This document shows positions 1-10,186 of a stretch of DNA of 64,000 bases, piece by piece. Origin of the DNA: Candidatus Poribacteria bacterium. GTDB taxonomy: Bacteria; Poribacteria; WGA-4E; WGA-3G. Position 1 is the stretch's first letter. Every line of letters begins with the position of its first letter. Below the pieces are notes generated by a model. That model was not told the origin of the DNA. It did not search any database and worked only from the letters and a program-made list of their open reading frames with translations. The position numbers were made by a program, and so were the translations under genes. Location of the stretch: the NCBI GenBank assembly GCA_965242965.1, contig OZ251518.1, positions 3,840,001 through 3,904,000 on the forward strand. Reading direction: 5' to 3'.

Positions 1-350
1 TCATCGCCGCTTTCCGCTGCGGTGCAGAACCGTTTTTCGCCGTCTGTCACGATGGTTATTTTCTCGCGGGATTGGCGTTTATAGCCGCGGAGGAGGACGG
101 CGACACGCAAGCCGTCTGCTTGGAGTTGTTTCGCAATAGCGATGACTGCCGGCGTTTTCCCCGTGCCGCCAACCACGATATTGCCGACGCTGATGACAGT
201 GCATGGCAAACGGCGCGCCTGAAAAATACCGCGCGTGTAGCATGTATTCCGCAGCGAGACGATTGCGGTGTAGACATGCTTTAAAAGCACGCCGACCGGC
301 TGGAGGAATGGCGAGAGAAATGGGTTCTGGTGCCCATGAACATGTTTCAT
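1..350 (-). CDS. lpxK: Tetraacyldisaccharide 4'-kinase, 5' part (runs off the window)
   Basis: Manual translation of the minus strand from ATG at 350 gives ...VISVGNIVVGGTGKTPAVIAIA...VAVLLRGYK...ESGDE, the LpxK P-loop/RGY/GDE motifs. Lies directly downstream of lpxB. Absent from the ORF track because it is truncated. Confidence 0.9.
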   Translation of the reverse strand, partial: MKHVHGHQNPFLSPFLQPVGVLLKHVYTAIVSLRNTCYTRGIFQARRLPCTVISVGNIVVGGTGKTPAVIAIAKQLQADGLRVAVLLRGYKRQSREKITIVTDGEKRFCTAAESGD

Positions 351-410
351 GCTGGACGCTTGTCAGGATGGATAACTCTATCCGCTTGTCTCTACAACAG
401 AAATCTGTCC

Positions 411-1553
411 TTATGAAATGGTTCGGTGTTCCATCACGAGTTGTGCGGTGCGTTCAGCTGCGCCGGTTGAACCGAGTTGCGCGTAAACGGCACGCAACGC
501 CTCGCGTTGCAACTCGCGTTTGTGAGGATGCTGGAGGAGTTCAAGGACGTGCGCTGTCAACGTCTCCGGCGTGAGTGCTGTTTGCAGCAGTTCCGGCACA
601 ATGTCTCTACCGGCGATGAGATTCGGCAAGCCACTCCGTTCCAACGGGCTCAGCATTTTGATGATGCGCCAATTGAGCGATGAGGTGCGGAAGAGGATGA
701 GCATCGGGGTGCCGATGCACGCCGCCTCCAGTGTCGCTGTGCCGGAGGCGATGAGCATCAAGTTCGCAGCGCGCATCGCGGTGTATGTCGCATTCTCAAT
801 AATGTGAATCGGCGGAACGTCTTGAATCCCGCGGCGACATTCGGCGAAGAAATCTCGCGAAATACCCGGTGCTAACGGCAGGAGCCATTGCGCGTTTGGA
901 TAAATGCGCGCGATGTTTGCAACCCCTTTGAGCATCGGCGGCAAGATGTGCCGGATTTCAGAACGGCGGCTCCCGGGCATCAACCCGATGACAAGAGCAT
1001 CGCTGTCTATCCGCAGTTTTTCGCGTGCGGCTTCACGACTAAACGCTGTCCGTGCAAAATCGACGAGCGGATGTCCGACAAACTCGGCGTTTGCACCGGC
1101 GTTTCGGTAAAACGCCGCTTCAAACGGGAAGATGGCAGCGATGACGTTCGCCCACTTCGCAAGTTTTTTGGCACGTCCCGCGCGCCACGCCCACGCCTTC
1201 GGGGGGATATAATAGACGACTGGCACGCGATATTTCCACGCGAATTTCGCCAACGGCATGTTGAATTCGGCGAAATCAACGAGGAGAAGCGCGTCGGGAC
1301 GTTGCTGTCGGATGCACCGTTTGAGATGCATCTGTTTCCGCAGGAACACAGGCAGCGCGCCGATAACGTTCGCGAAGCCCATGGTAGCCGAATCGCCGAT
1401 ATGAAGTGCCAGCGTTACGCCCGCCTTTGCCATCAGATTGCCTCCCATCCCAAAGAGGGTGATTTCTGGACAAAGTTTCTTGAGGTGTTTCACGACGTAT
1501 GAAGCGTGCAAGTCTGCCGAGGGTTCCCCCGCGACAATCATCACATGTGGCAT
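411..1553 (-). CDS. lpxB: Lipid-A-disaccharide synthase
   Basis: Motifs AGEPSADLHA, VDFAEFN, YYIPPKAWAWR, FVGHPL, GLMPGSRRSE and SGTATLE. Confidence 0.95.
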   Translation of the reverse strand: MPHVMIVAGEPSADLHASYVVKHLKKLCPEITLFGMGGNLMAKAGVTLALHIGDSATMGFANVIGALPVFLRKQMHLKRCIRQQRPDALLLVDFAEFNMPLAKFAWKYRVPVVYYIPPKAWAWRAGRAKKLAKWANVIAAIFPFEAAFYRNAGANAEFVGHPLVDFARTAFSREAAREKLRIDSDALVIGLMPGSRRSEIRHILPPMLKGVANIARIYPNAQWLLPLAPGISRDFFAECRRGIQDVPPIHIIENATYTAMRAANLMLIASGTATLEAACIGTPMLILFRTSSLNWRIIKMLSPLERSGLPNLIAGRDIVPELLQTALTPETLTAHVLELLQHPHKRELQREALRAVYAQLGSTGAAERTAQLVMEHRTIS

Positions 1554-1638
1554 TTTTCGGATTCCCGCACAGAATTTCTTTAGGGTTCACCCGTTGCTGA
1601 TGCGTCAGTCCTAAACAAGAACGTAGTCATCGACAACG

Positions 1639-2682
1639 TCAAGGCATCAAACCCGGCACTTTCATGCCCGCCGTTTCAGGTAACCCGCACATCAGATTCA
1701 GATTCTGCACGACGGCACCTGCTGCGCCTTTCCCCAAATTATCAATCGCCGCCATGACAACGACGCGATTTGTCCGTGCATCTACCTCTAACCCAATGTC
1801 GCAATAGTTACTGCCGAGGACTGCCTTCGTTTGCGGATATTCACCAGCAGGTAGCACGCGCACGAACGGTTCATTGGCGTAGAACTCGGCATAACGTTCA
1901 AGCACAGCCTCGGTGGACATCGCCTGTTTCAGGTGGAGATAAAGGGTGCTGAGAATGCCGCGCGTCATCGGGACAAGGTGCGGCGTAAAACTGACGCGGA
2001 GCTGTTCCCCCGCGATGGCACTCAATTCCTGTTCAATCTCCGGCGTATGCCGATGCACACCGATGTTGTAGGCGACGACGTTGGATTCGCGACTCGGATA
2101 GTGTGTCGTATCGCGCGGTTTCGGGCCCGCGCCGGAGATACCCGACTTGGAATCAACGATGAGCGAATGGAGTGCCACCGCGCCACTGTCAAGCAACGGT
2201 GCTGCGGCGAGGATGGCACTCGTCGGATAGCACCCCGGGTTCGCGACTAACTTGGCGGTGCGGATGTCTTCACGATAGCGTTCCGGCAAGCCGTATACCG
2301 CTGCCTCCAAGAGTTCGGGGCTCGTATGTGGCACGTGATACCACGCTTCGTAGGTATCGGCATCCTTCAACCGATAGTCCGCGCTGAAATCAACCACGCG
2401 GAGGCCCTGCGCGAGAATCTGCGGCACGAACGCCATTGAGACTTTGTGCGGCACCGCCAACACCACGACATCGACTTTCTCCTTGAGGGTGTTGATGTCC
2501 AACGCTTCAAATTCAAACGAAATCAACCCCCGGAGGTGTGGTAGAACGCTGTCAATCCGCTGCCCTGCGTAAGTTTCAGAAGTGCAGAGCGCGACGGTGA
2601 GTTCACCCGGATGATTGACGAGGAATCGTAACAATTCGCTGCCGCTATAGCCGGATGCTCCAATAATTCCGATTTTTATCAT
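1639..2682 (-). CDS. argC: N-acetyl-gamma-glutamyl-phosphate reductase
   Basis: Motifs GASGYSG, ANPGCYPT, SGISGAG, HRHTPEI and IDNLGKGAAG. Confidence 0.97.
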   Translation of the reverse strand: MIKIGIIGASGYSGSELLRFLVNHPGELTVALCTSETYAGQRIDSVLPHLRGLISFEFEALDINTLKEKVDVVVLAVPHKVSMAFVPQILAQGLRVVDFSADYRLKDADTYEAWYHVPHTSPELLEAAVYGLPERYREDIRTAKLVANPGCYPTSAILAAAPLLDSGAVALHSLIVDSKSGISGAGPKPRDTTHYPSRESNVVAYNIGVHRHTPEIEQELSAIAGEQLRVSFTPHLVPMTRGILSTLYLHLKQAMSTEAVLERYAEFYANEPFVRVLPAGEYPQTKAVLGSNYCDIGLEVDARTNRVVVMAAIDNLGKGAAGAVVQNLNLMCGLPETAGMKVPGLMP

Positions 2683-2733
2683 GGTTTTCTAAGTAGAAAA
2701 TGGAAAACGCATCGGAATGGGTTCTTTTCTCGC

Positions 2734-3567
2734 TCACGACGCGGTCCAACATCCCTCTGTATACGCTTCCCGATTAAATAACTTTTGACGTTCCGGCGTG
2801 GCGCGTGTCAGCCATTCCGCCGGAATCTCCTGCGTGTAGCGGTGCGGCGGGCCCACCTCCTTGAAAATGTCAATAGCGAAGATGCGATAAGGCTGCGCGG
2901 AATCTATCGGTTTCGCTTCGACGGCGTGGAAGATGCGCGCGTCAATGTATACCATGCTACCCGGCGGTAATTCCAGACGTTTCTCTGCTAATTTGCGGCC
3001 TGCCGCTGCGTCAAAATCGCCTGCCAGCATCCGTTCCGGTGTCGCCTCGGCAGTCGGCGCGACGCGGTGGCTGCCGGGGATGACTTTCAGGTTCCTGTCC
3101 CCTTTGGTGAACCCGTTCGGATAGTAGAGAATCTGGACGTAATACTTATCGCGTTCGGCAAGGTTGACAGGGTTTTCATGCTTCCAATGATGGTGGTCTT
3201 GGTGAAACGGGATGGGCCCGATGCCGCGCGGCGCAATGTTCAATGCGGAGTGACAAAAGTGATAATCCGCGCCGATCGTCGCCGTGACGAGTGCCGTAAT
3301 AAACGCATCATCGATGAGCCTGTCGCTATAATGTTCGCGCTCGTTCCACGGGCGAACGAAATAGGCTCTCGATGTGTCTCCGTTCTTTTCCAACGCCTCA
3401 ATGTATTCCCGCACCGGTTTAAGACGCGTGATTTCATTGATGAGTCCCTCGCGCGCCGCGTCGGTAAATACATCGGGATAGACGATGTATCCATCGTTGT
3501 GGAAGGCATCGATATCGGCTTGTGAGGGGCCCGATAAACGGAAAAGTGAATCCAATTGGGTTGTCAT
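2734..3567 (-). CDS. Phytanoyl-CoA dioxygenase (PhyH) family Fe(II)/2OG oxygenase
   Basis: HQD (HxD) motif, LKVIPGSH, distal His in IFHAV. Confidence 0.85.
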   Translation of the reverse strand: MTTQLDSLFRLSGPSQADIDAFHNDGYIVYPDVFTDAAREGLINEITRLKPVREYIEALEKNGDTSRAYFVRPWNEREHYSDRLIDDAFITALVTATIGADYHFCHSALNIAPRGIGPIPFHQDHHHWKHENPVNLAERDKYYVQILYYPNGFTKGDRNLKVIPGSHRVAPTAEATPERMLAGDFDAAAGRKLAEKRLELPPGSMVYIDARIFHAVEAKPIDSAQPYRIFAIDIFKEVGPPHRYTQEIPAEWLTRATPERQKLFNREAYTEGCWTAS

Positions 3568-3584
3568 GATTTTTGCTCCGAACC

Positions 3585-3611
3585 GTAGGCGCGATTGGAA
3601 ACCGCGCCTAC
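3585..3611. repeat. GTAG-headed palindrome (REP-like), possible terminator
   Basis: GTAGGCGCG-ATTGGAAAC-CGCGCCTAC between two co-oriented genes. Confidence 0.75.
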
Positions 3612-3629
3612 TAGAACGTCTTTTTCATA

Positions 3630-4400
3630 TTACCGCGTCGTCTTCATTCGTCCCCACGTCGTTGCCAATTTCCCGTTGGGCTCAACGTCAAAGGCATCCT
3701 CCCAACCGTTCAGGAGTTGCTGAATTTCTTCTGCCTCCAGTGCGCGACTGAGGATGACTACCTCGTCAATACCCCCGGTAAACTGCTCCGGTCCGAATTT
3801 GAGTTGCAACACCTCGCCTACCGCCACTTTTCCACCCCATTCGGGTTTCCAATCGGCTTTGTCGGCAGATAGCGCGCCTTTTGCGCTTTCCGGTTCGCCA
3901 TCGACATACATCTCAACGTTCAGTCCGTCGTAGGTGCCGGCGATGTGGTACCACTTCTTCTGTTCTAATTCGGTTTTCCCGTAGAAGCCGGGTGTGATGC
4001 CTTGTGCAGTCCAGACCCGGAAGGAGAACCCATCAGGGATGGGTTCACCACCCGACTGGTCTTCCAATAAATACGCGCCGTTCTTTCTGACACCCGTGTC
4101 TGAATCGGCATCCACTCGGAACCAGGCGGCGACGGTAAGTTCATCTTGAACGCTTTGCAGGCTTTTTGAGTCTTGGACATCAATACTGCCGCCGCCCCCG
4201 GCGACGACTGCCTTTCCAAATTTGCCGGGCTCAAACTTAAAGTTACCCGCAATTTTTCCATCGTTGCCGTTCTTTGTTGCATCCTTAACATCGCCCTCAA
4301 AGAGCCATACGCCGACGATGGCCGGGTCATCGGGCTCTAACGCGGATGTAACGGCGCAAAGACAGAAGAGCAGCGCGATGCTGATAGTGAGCAATTTCAT
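3630..4400 (-). CDS. Secreted LamG/concanavalin-like domain protein with Poribacteria-type C-terminal tail
   Basis: Signal peptide MKLLTISIALLFCLCAVTSA after a GGAGG RBS; LamG motifs WYHIAGTYDG...MYVDG and FTGGIDEV; tail VEPNGKLATTWGRMK. Start moved to 4400 from the ORF-track start. Confidence 0.8.
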   Translation of the reverse strand: MKLLTISIALLFCLCAVTSALEPDDPAIVGVWLFEGDVKDATKNGNDGKIAGNFKFEPGKFGKAVVAGGGGSIDVQDSKSLQSVQDELTVAAWFRVDADSDTGVRKNGAYLLEDQSGGEPIPDGFSFRVWTAQGITPGFYGKTELEQKKWYHIAGTYDGLNVEMYVDGEPESAKGALSADKADWKPEWGGKVAVGEVLQLKFGPEQFTGGIDEVVILSRALEAEEIQQLLNGWEDAFDVEPNGKLATTWGRMKTTR

Positions 4401-4529
4401 CGTGAATTCCTCCGTGTTCGTGTTGTGCAAAATCGGGAGGATAAATAACGGCATCCTCCCTACAGATAAAACGTTGATAAATAGGATACCACCCACTAGG
4501 AAAAAATTCAAGCAGAATTTTCTGTTTCT

Positions 4530-4857
4530 AAGCAGGATTATCAAGATTGAGCAGGATTATCAAGATTTTTCAAGATTTTCAGGATTAGTTTTTTGATAGT
4601 CCTAGCACGCTTGGATATGCCGCCACCGGCCTGTCTATCAGATTGCTAATCTTGCTAATCGTGTCAATCCGGAGCAGGATTTTCAGGATTTCCCAAGATT
4701 TTCAGGATTAGGTTTTTGACGCACCGGTACCGTTTTGGCAGGCCACGGGGTATTCGATGCATCAGCACCCCAAAAAAATCTTGCTAATCTTGTAACTCTT
4801 GTAAATCCTGCTCATATCGTGTAAATCCTGCTCATATCTTGCTAATCCTGCTTCAGA
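4530..4857. repeat. Array of degenerate ~9-bp units (CAGGATTWT/CAAGATTTT and complement AATCCTG/AATCTTG) forming two inverted pairs
   Basis: Seen directly: 4533-4588 forward units, ~4645-4670 reverse units, 4673-4710 forward units, 4778-4856 reverse units. Confidence 0.85.
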
Positions 4858-4863
4858 TTCTTC

Positions 4864-4892
4864 TTGCAAACAAAACCGAAATATGCTAGATT
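4864..4892 (+). promoter_or_regulatory. Sigma70-type promoter of the R-M gene
   Basis: TTGCAA-N17-TAGATT with a TGn extension; AGGA RBS upstream of the ATG at 4925. Confidence 0.6.
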
Positions 4893-4924
4893 AACGTATC
4901 TTAACGCAAGAGGACAACACGGCT

Positions 4925-7900
4925 ATGATTGCCATTAAACCGACGCATAAACCGATAACCAATTTTTACGCCGAACTGGCGCAATACGAACACCTCGGTG
5001 AAACACACGAAGGCGCAGTCCGACCCGCTTTCGGGACGCTCCTCCAGCACTACGCACGGCAGGATAACCTCACGCTTGTCAGTGAGAAACGCCTGCGCAC
5101 GCCCCAGAATACCACCATCGTTGTCGACGGCATGCTCATCGATAACGAATTCGGGCTCCCGCGCGGCTACTGGGAAGCGAAGGACCTGCACGATGATTTG
5201 CCCACCGAAATCGACAAGAAATTCACCGCAGGTTACCCGACAGATAACATCCTCTTCCAAACACCGCAACGCGCAATTCTCTATCAGAACGGCGAACAGG
5301 TAATGGACGTGGATATTTCCGACCGGGGTGCACTGGCCCAGGTGCTACTCGCCTTTTTGAACTATGAACAGACGGACATCGCGAATTGGTATCGCGCCGT
5401 CGCCGAATTCAAGGGTAAAGTGCCTGCACTCGGCAAAGAACTCGCAGGGCTCATCCGCAACGAGGCGGAGACGAACGCGCCGTTTCAGGAGGCGTTCACC
5501 GAATTCTATCGCCAGTGCCAAGCGGCGATTAACCCGAATCTCGCCAAAGCCGCTGTTGAGGAGATGCTCGTCCAGCATATCCTCACGGAACAGATTTTCA
5601 CCTCGGTCTTCGATAGCCGCGATTTCACGCGGCGGAATATCATTGCACTTGAGATTGAGAAGGTGGTAGACGCGCTCGTGTCACAGCAGTGGAACCGCGC
5701 CGAGTTCCTCAAAAGCCTCAAGCCGTTCTATGCCGCTATTGAACGCGCCGCCACGACGTTCATTGACTTCTCGCAGAAACAGCACTTCATCAATACGGTG
5801 TATGAGCAGTTTTTCCAAGGCTTCTCTGTCAAGGTTGCGGATACGCACGGCATCGTCTATACGCCGCAGCCGATTGTCGATTTCATCGTGAAGAGCGTCT
5901 CGCATGTCCTGAAAACCGAATTCAACAGGACGCTTTCGGATAGCGGTGTGAATATCATCGATCCGTTCGTCGGCACCGGCAACTTCATCGTGCGGCTGAT
6001 GCAGGAGATTGACAAGACGGCACTCCAAGCGAAATATAGCGAGGAGCTCCACTGCAATGAGGTGCTCCTTTTGCCATACTATGTCGCCAGCATGAACATT
6101 GAGCACGAGTTTTGGGTCGCGACGCAGAAGTATCTCCCCTACGATAAAATCTGTCTCGTGGATACGTTCGATGTGACGGATGCGCCGCAGATGACGATGT
6201 TCGCGCCGGATAACACGCGCCGGGTTGAGACGCAGAAGGAGTCCTCGATGTTCGTCGTCATCGGGAATCCGCCTTACAACGCCAAGCAGACGAACGAAAA
6301 CGACAATAATAAGAATCGGAAATACCCTGCACTGGATAAGCAGGTGCAGGCGACATACGTCCGAGACTCTGCATCAACGAACACAAACCTGCTCTACGAT
6401 CCCTACGTCAAAGCGATTTTCTGGGCATTGCAGCGAATTGGCCGCGAGGGCATCGTCGCGTTTGTGACGAATAACAACTTCATCACCGGGCAGTCGTTTG
6501 ACGGCATGCGGAAGCATCTCGCCCAAGATTTTGACACGCTGTATCTGTTTGACATGGGCGGCAATATCCGCAAGGGACAACCCGGCACCTCCAACGTCTT
6601 CGGTATCCAGGTCGGCGTGAGTATCTGCATCTTTGTGAAAAAGGCGAACGCGGGCACCTCCCGCATTTTCTACAACGACGAAACGGCGGCGATGCCTAAA
6701 GACGAAACGTTTGACTTCCTGAAAACGCGCGAACACGTCGGCAACGTCACGTGGCAGCAGCTTCAGCCGGACGCGCGGCATACGTGGATTACAGAAGGGC
6801 TCCGTCCCGAGTTTGTCGATTTCATCCCGATGGGCACCAAGGAAGCGAAAGCCACGAAAGGCGAGGTATCCGGTGTGATTTTCCACCAATATTGCAACGG
6901 TGTGAAGACTAATCGGGATGCTTGGGCAATCAATTTCAACTCAGATGCTCTCGCGACGAACGTTCAGCGAATGATGGAAACCTATAATGCAGAGATGTTT
7001 CGGTGGCAGGCATTGGCGGACAAGTCAGGAGCGAACGTTGACAATTTCGTTACGGACGATAAGCGGCAAATCAGTTGGAGTAGCGACTTGAAGGCGAAGT
7101 TGAAGCGCGGCAAAGTCGCCAAGTATGCTAAAGACAAGGTGCGGAAAGTGCTTTACCGTCCCTACGCAAAAAGGAGTCTCTACTTTGACCGGATGCTGAC
7201 TCAAGTTTACCTGCTTCCGTCTTTTTTCCCAACACCTCAAACTGAGGCGGAAAACCAGGTCATTTGTGTCAGCGCGACCGGAAGTAGCCAACCGTTTCAG
7301 GTGTTAATGGCGGATGTGATTCCGAACAGCGCGCTCCTTCAGATTGCGCAATGCTTTCCGTTTTACACCTACGATGAGGATGGCACGAACCGTCGTGAGA
7401 ACATTACGGATTGGGCATTATCGGCGTTCCGTGCGCATTACGGCGATGCGAGCATCACGAAGTGGGACATTTTCCACTATTGCTATGGTGTGTTGCATCA
7501 TCCTGAGTATCGGGAGCGGTATCAGGCAGATCTGAAGCGCGATTTGCCGCGTATCCCGTTCGCGGATGCGCGTGGAGTATCCGCGGATTTTTGGGAGTTC
7601 GTAAAAGCGGGGGAGCGGTTGGCACACTTGCATCTCCACTACGAGGAATTGCCGGTTGATGAGACGCTTCGGTTAATTGAAACGCCGGGTGCGCCGTTAG
7701 ACTGGCGCGTGTCGCAGATGAAATTTTCCAAAGACCGGACATCGCTCCGTTACAACGATTTCCTGACGTTGGCTGGTATTCCTGAGGCGGCGTTTGCGTA
7801 TCGGTTGGGAAGTCGTTCGGCGTTGGAGTGGGTAGTGAATCAGTATTGCGTGAAATCGGACAAAGCGAGTGGTATCGTCAACGATCCGAATTTGGTTTCG

Positions 7901-8002
7901 GATGCGGAGTCCATCGTGCGCTTGGTGCGTCAGGTGGTGCAGTTGAGTGTGGAGACGGTGGAGATCGTTTCGGGGTTGGGGGAGTTGAGGGTTGATGGGT
8001 GA
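4925..8002 (+). CDS. Single-chain restriction-modification enzyme (type IIG / type ISP-like, no helicase): nuclease-like N-terminus, N6-adenine MTase, C-terminal specificity domain
   Basis: VDG...YWEAK (PD-(D/E)xK-like), GIVYTPQPIVDF, IIDPFVGTGNF (motif I), VIGNPPY (motif IV), and LlaBIII-like C-terminal motifs GVKTNRDAW, YRPY and YRLGSRSALEWV. Confidence 0.85.
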   Translation: MIAIKPTHKPITNFYAELAQYEHLGETHEGAVRPAFGTLLQHYARQDNLTLVSEKRLRTPQNTTIVVDGMLIDNEFGLPRGYWEAKDLHDDLPTEIDKKFTAGYPTDNILFQTPQRAILYQNGEQVMDVDISDRGALAQVLLAFLNYEQTDIANWYRAVAEFKGKVPALGKELAGLIRNEAETNAPFQEAFTEFYRQCQAAINPNLAKAAVEEMLVQHILTEQIFTSVFDSRDFTRRNIIALEIEKVVDALVSQQWNRAEFLKSLKPFYAAIERAATTFIDFSQKQHFINTVYEQFFQGFSVKVADTHGIVYTPQPIVDFIVKSVSHVLKTEFNRTLSDSGVNIIDPFVGTGNFIVRLMQEIDKTALQAKYSEELHCNEVLLLPYYVASMNIEHEFWVATQKYLPYDKICLVDTFDVTDAPQMTMFAPDNTRRVETQKESSMFVVIGNPPYNAKQTNENDNNKNRKYPALDKQVQATYVRDSASTNTNLLYDPYVKAIFWALQRIGREGIVAFVTNNNFITGQSFDGMRKHLAQDFDTLYLFDMGGNIRKGQPGTSNVFGIQVGVSICIFVKKANAGTSRIFYNDETAAMPKDETFDFLKTREHVGNVTWQQLQPDARHTWITEGLRPEFVDFIPMGTKEAKATKGEVSGVIFHQYCNGVKTNRDAWAINFNSDALATNVQRMMETYNAEMFRWQALADKSGANVDNFVTDDKRQISWSSDLKAKLKRGKVAKYAKDKVRKVLYRPYAKRSLYFDRMLTQVYLLPSFFPTPQTEAENQVICVSATGSSQPFQVLMADVIPNSALLQIAQCFPFYTYDEDGTNRRENITDWALSAFRAHYGDASITKWDIFHYCYGVLHHPEYRERYQADLKRDLPRIPFADARGVSADFWEFVKAGERLAHLHLHYEELPVDETLRLIETPGAPLDWRVSQMKFSKDRTSLRYNDFLTLAGIPEAAFAYRLGSRSALEWVVNQYCVKSDKASGIVNDPNLVSDAESIVRLVRQVVQLSVETVEIVSGLGELRVDG

Positions 8003-8019
8003 GGGGTCACTACGCGGTG

Positions 8020-9954
8020 TTACCCCTTTTCCTTTTGCTTCGCCTCTCGCAATTTCTGGTAGCGTTCTAGGAATTCAGTATGTGCGCGTTGCACCATGGA
8101 GAGTAAATCCCTATACCGCCTGATATAGATGCGAGAGTTCGCTAAAATTTCGCGCCTGCCTCTCACGTAAGGCGTATCAACCAAATCTCCGCAGAGAAGA
8201 TACCCCGTAACCTCCTGATACTGAGATTCGGGATCGGTTGTTCCTTGGAGGTGGTTCTGGACAAAGATAACGTACTCTTCAATCTGTCTAAGTTCTTCAC
8301 GAGAAACTTTTGACATCGGACGCTTGATTTCCACTACGACGAGGTGTGTTCCTTCGCGGACGCAGAGAAAATCAATGCGCTTGTTTTTCTCTGGCACATC
8401 ACTACTTTCGGGGAATTTATCACGTAGGAGTTGCCTATAGGTGACTTCGTTAGCTACAAGCGTCCACCTCGGGTCGATCACCCAGGGGAATTCGCGTAGG
8501 AACTTATGGAGTGTTGGCACTTCCAGCGCGTTGGTTTCGATGAGTTTCTGCAGTTTTTCGATGGTTGTTATCCGTCCGCCGGTAACGCGTGCCATCTCTT
8601 TCGCTTCAACGATTTGCCACTCCCGGAACAAATCAAGGAGTTTTCCCGGGTTTTCAAGTTCGGCTTCGGTTAAGTCGTTGGCGATTTCCCAGAAGGCATC
8701 AAACTCCAGAAAATCGAGACACATTTGGATGATTGGTTCTTGTTCCTTCACGTCAGCGAGCGGGTTCCTCCGGACGGCTTGGCGCACGAGTCCGTCTGCC
8801 AATTTCAAAGCGCGTAGGTTGGCAATCTCTTCTGCATGCTGCCGAAAGTTGACATACAGTGGGTTTTCTCGCAGTCGTCGCTCATTATCCTGGCTGCGTT
8901 TCTTCGACCAATCGCTAGCAATTTTATTAACCTCTTTTTGTCCCCACTCCTTGAGAGCCGCGTTTGCTTCGGTGTCCCACACCAAGGCGTTCCGGCTTGT
9001 TCCGATGGTGTCTTCCTCTTCATCAACGAATTCAACGTGCAGTTCGCCAATGAGGTAAGAAAACGCGAACTGTTGTCCACCAACCGCGTCGAAAACAAAC
9101 GGTTCTTGGACCAACTTTCCTCTCGCCATTAAGGCAATGCCCCGGTCTACTTTGTCCTTGGTTGGCGATGTGTGTGCTAGTGCGCCAATCCAACCCGACA
9201 CTGTCCAGCCAGTTTCTGGTTGGATTTCCTCGTCGTATTCCCACAGATACGGTTTGCCATCCATATCTTTGTCGAGTAGGCGTTTCAAATCCCGGTCTTC
9301 CGGCGAAATGGGTTCGCCGTTAATGACGACTTCAAAGTTATTTTGCGCGCCGATGACAGCGAATCGCCGGGCGAGTCCACGCCGAATGATGTCAACCGAA
9401 ATCCGGCGGTTTCGGAATTTGGTGATATGTCGGAGCGTCACCGTTGTGCCTTTAGAGACATTTTCGGTTGGAGGCAGTTGCGGCAGTTCAATCTCCCTGT
9501 TCTCGGCATTTTCCAGTAGTTCGTCGTAATTCATTCGGAAATGGCTAACTTCACCGTCTTTGACGCTTTCGACAGCGATTTCCCGCGCAATACCAAACGC
9601 CGAGAATTTACCGATGCCTTTTCTGCCCATGATTCGGCGACAAGCAGGGGGCGGGGTTTGATCTGCCTTTTCCTCATCGCGCCGGTCTCTGTCGATAATG
9701 AGATATTTTTTCCGCACATCTTTATCTGACATACCGATGCCGTCATCGCGAAGAACAATCTCCGACGAGGTGCTAATTGCCTCATTGGGAATCGTAATCT
9801 CGACTTTGGTGGCGTTGGCATCCCAACTGTTGGCCACCAATTCCCCGATGACAGATGGCAACGTTGAATACATCTGCAAGCCGAGGTGCTTGATGGTACA
9901 AACGTCAAACTCCATTCGATACGGCTTTTTGGAACGATCGACTTCTTGGTGCAT
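8020..9954 (-). CDS. GHKL (MORC/MutL-like) ATPase fused to a C-terminal PD-(D/E)xK nuclease
   Basis: GHKL motifs ELVANSWDANA, DDGIGM, GRKGIGKFS and GTTVTL; C-terminal RIDFLC...VVVEIKRP...QIEEY. Start 9954 follows a GGAGG RBS. Confidence 0.85.
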   Translation of the reverse strand: MHQEVDRSKKPYRMEFDVCTIKHLGLQMYSTLPSVIGELVANSWDANATKVEITIPNEAISTSSEIVLRDDGIGMSDKDVRKKYLIIDRDRRDEEKADQTPPPACRRIMGRKGIGKFSAFGIAREIAVESVKDGEVSHFRMNYDELLENAENREIELPQLPPTENVSKGTTVTLRHITKFRNRRISVDIIRRGLARRFAVIGAQNNFEVVINGEPISPEDRDLKRLLDKDMDGKPYLWEYDEEIQPETGWTVSGWIGALAHTSPTKDKVDRGIALMARGKLVQEPFVFDAVGGQQFAFSYLIGELHVEFVDEEEDTIGTSRNALVWDTEANAALKEWGQKEVNKIASDWSKKRSQDNERRLRENPLYVNFRQHAEEIANLRALKLADGLVRQAVRRNPLADVKEQEPIIQMCLDFLEFDAFWEIANDLTEAELENPGKLLDLFREWQIVEAKEMARVTGGRITTIEKLQKLIETNALEVPTLHKFLREFPWVIDPRWTLVANEVTYRQLLRDKFPESSDVPEKNKRIDFLCVREGTHLVVVEIKRPMSKVSREELRQIEEYVIFVQNHLQGTTDPESQYQEVTGYLLCGDLVDTPYVRGRREILANSRIYIRRYRDLLSMVQRAHTEFLERYQKLREAKQKEKG

Positions 9955-10066
9955 CGTGTGATTACCTCCTCTGTTAGCAAGCAACTCCAAAAACGTCACC
10001 GCAACGCTTTTTGATAACTGTTAATAGGATACTACAAAGCCTTCTTTTTTGCAAGTCAAAACAACA

Positions 10067-10096
10067 TTGACATTAACTGCAGTTTTAAGGTATCAT
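10067..10096 (+). promoter_or_regulatory. Sigma70-type promoter for the TIR gene, in a divergent AT-rich region
   Basis: TTGACA-N18-TATCAT, with palindrome AACTGCAGTT in the spacer. Confidence 0.55.
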
Positions 10097-10186
10097 TAAT
10101 TATTGAAACAATTTAGCCGCAGGGGCAAACAGTTGCGTCCCTGCAATAACACAATTGACGCGAAACCTTTAAGGAGGTATTAAGAG

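Noticed and set aside
805-840. LpxB peptide GIQDVPP as another REP-derived insert
   Set aside because: The nucleotide match to the REP consensus is too weak and lacks the CTAC end.
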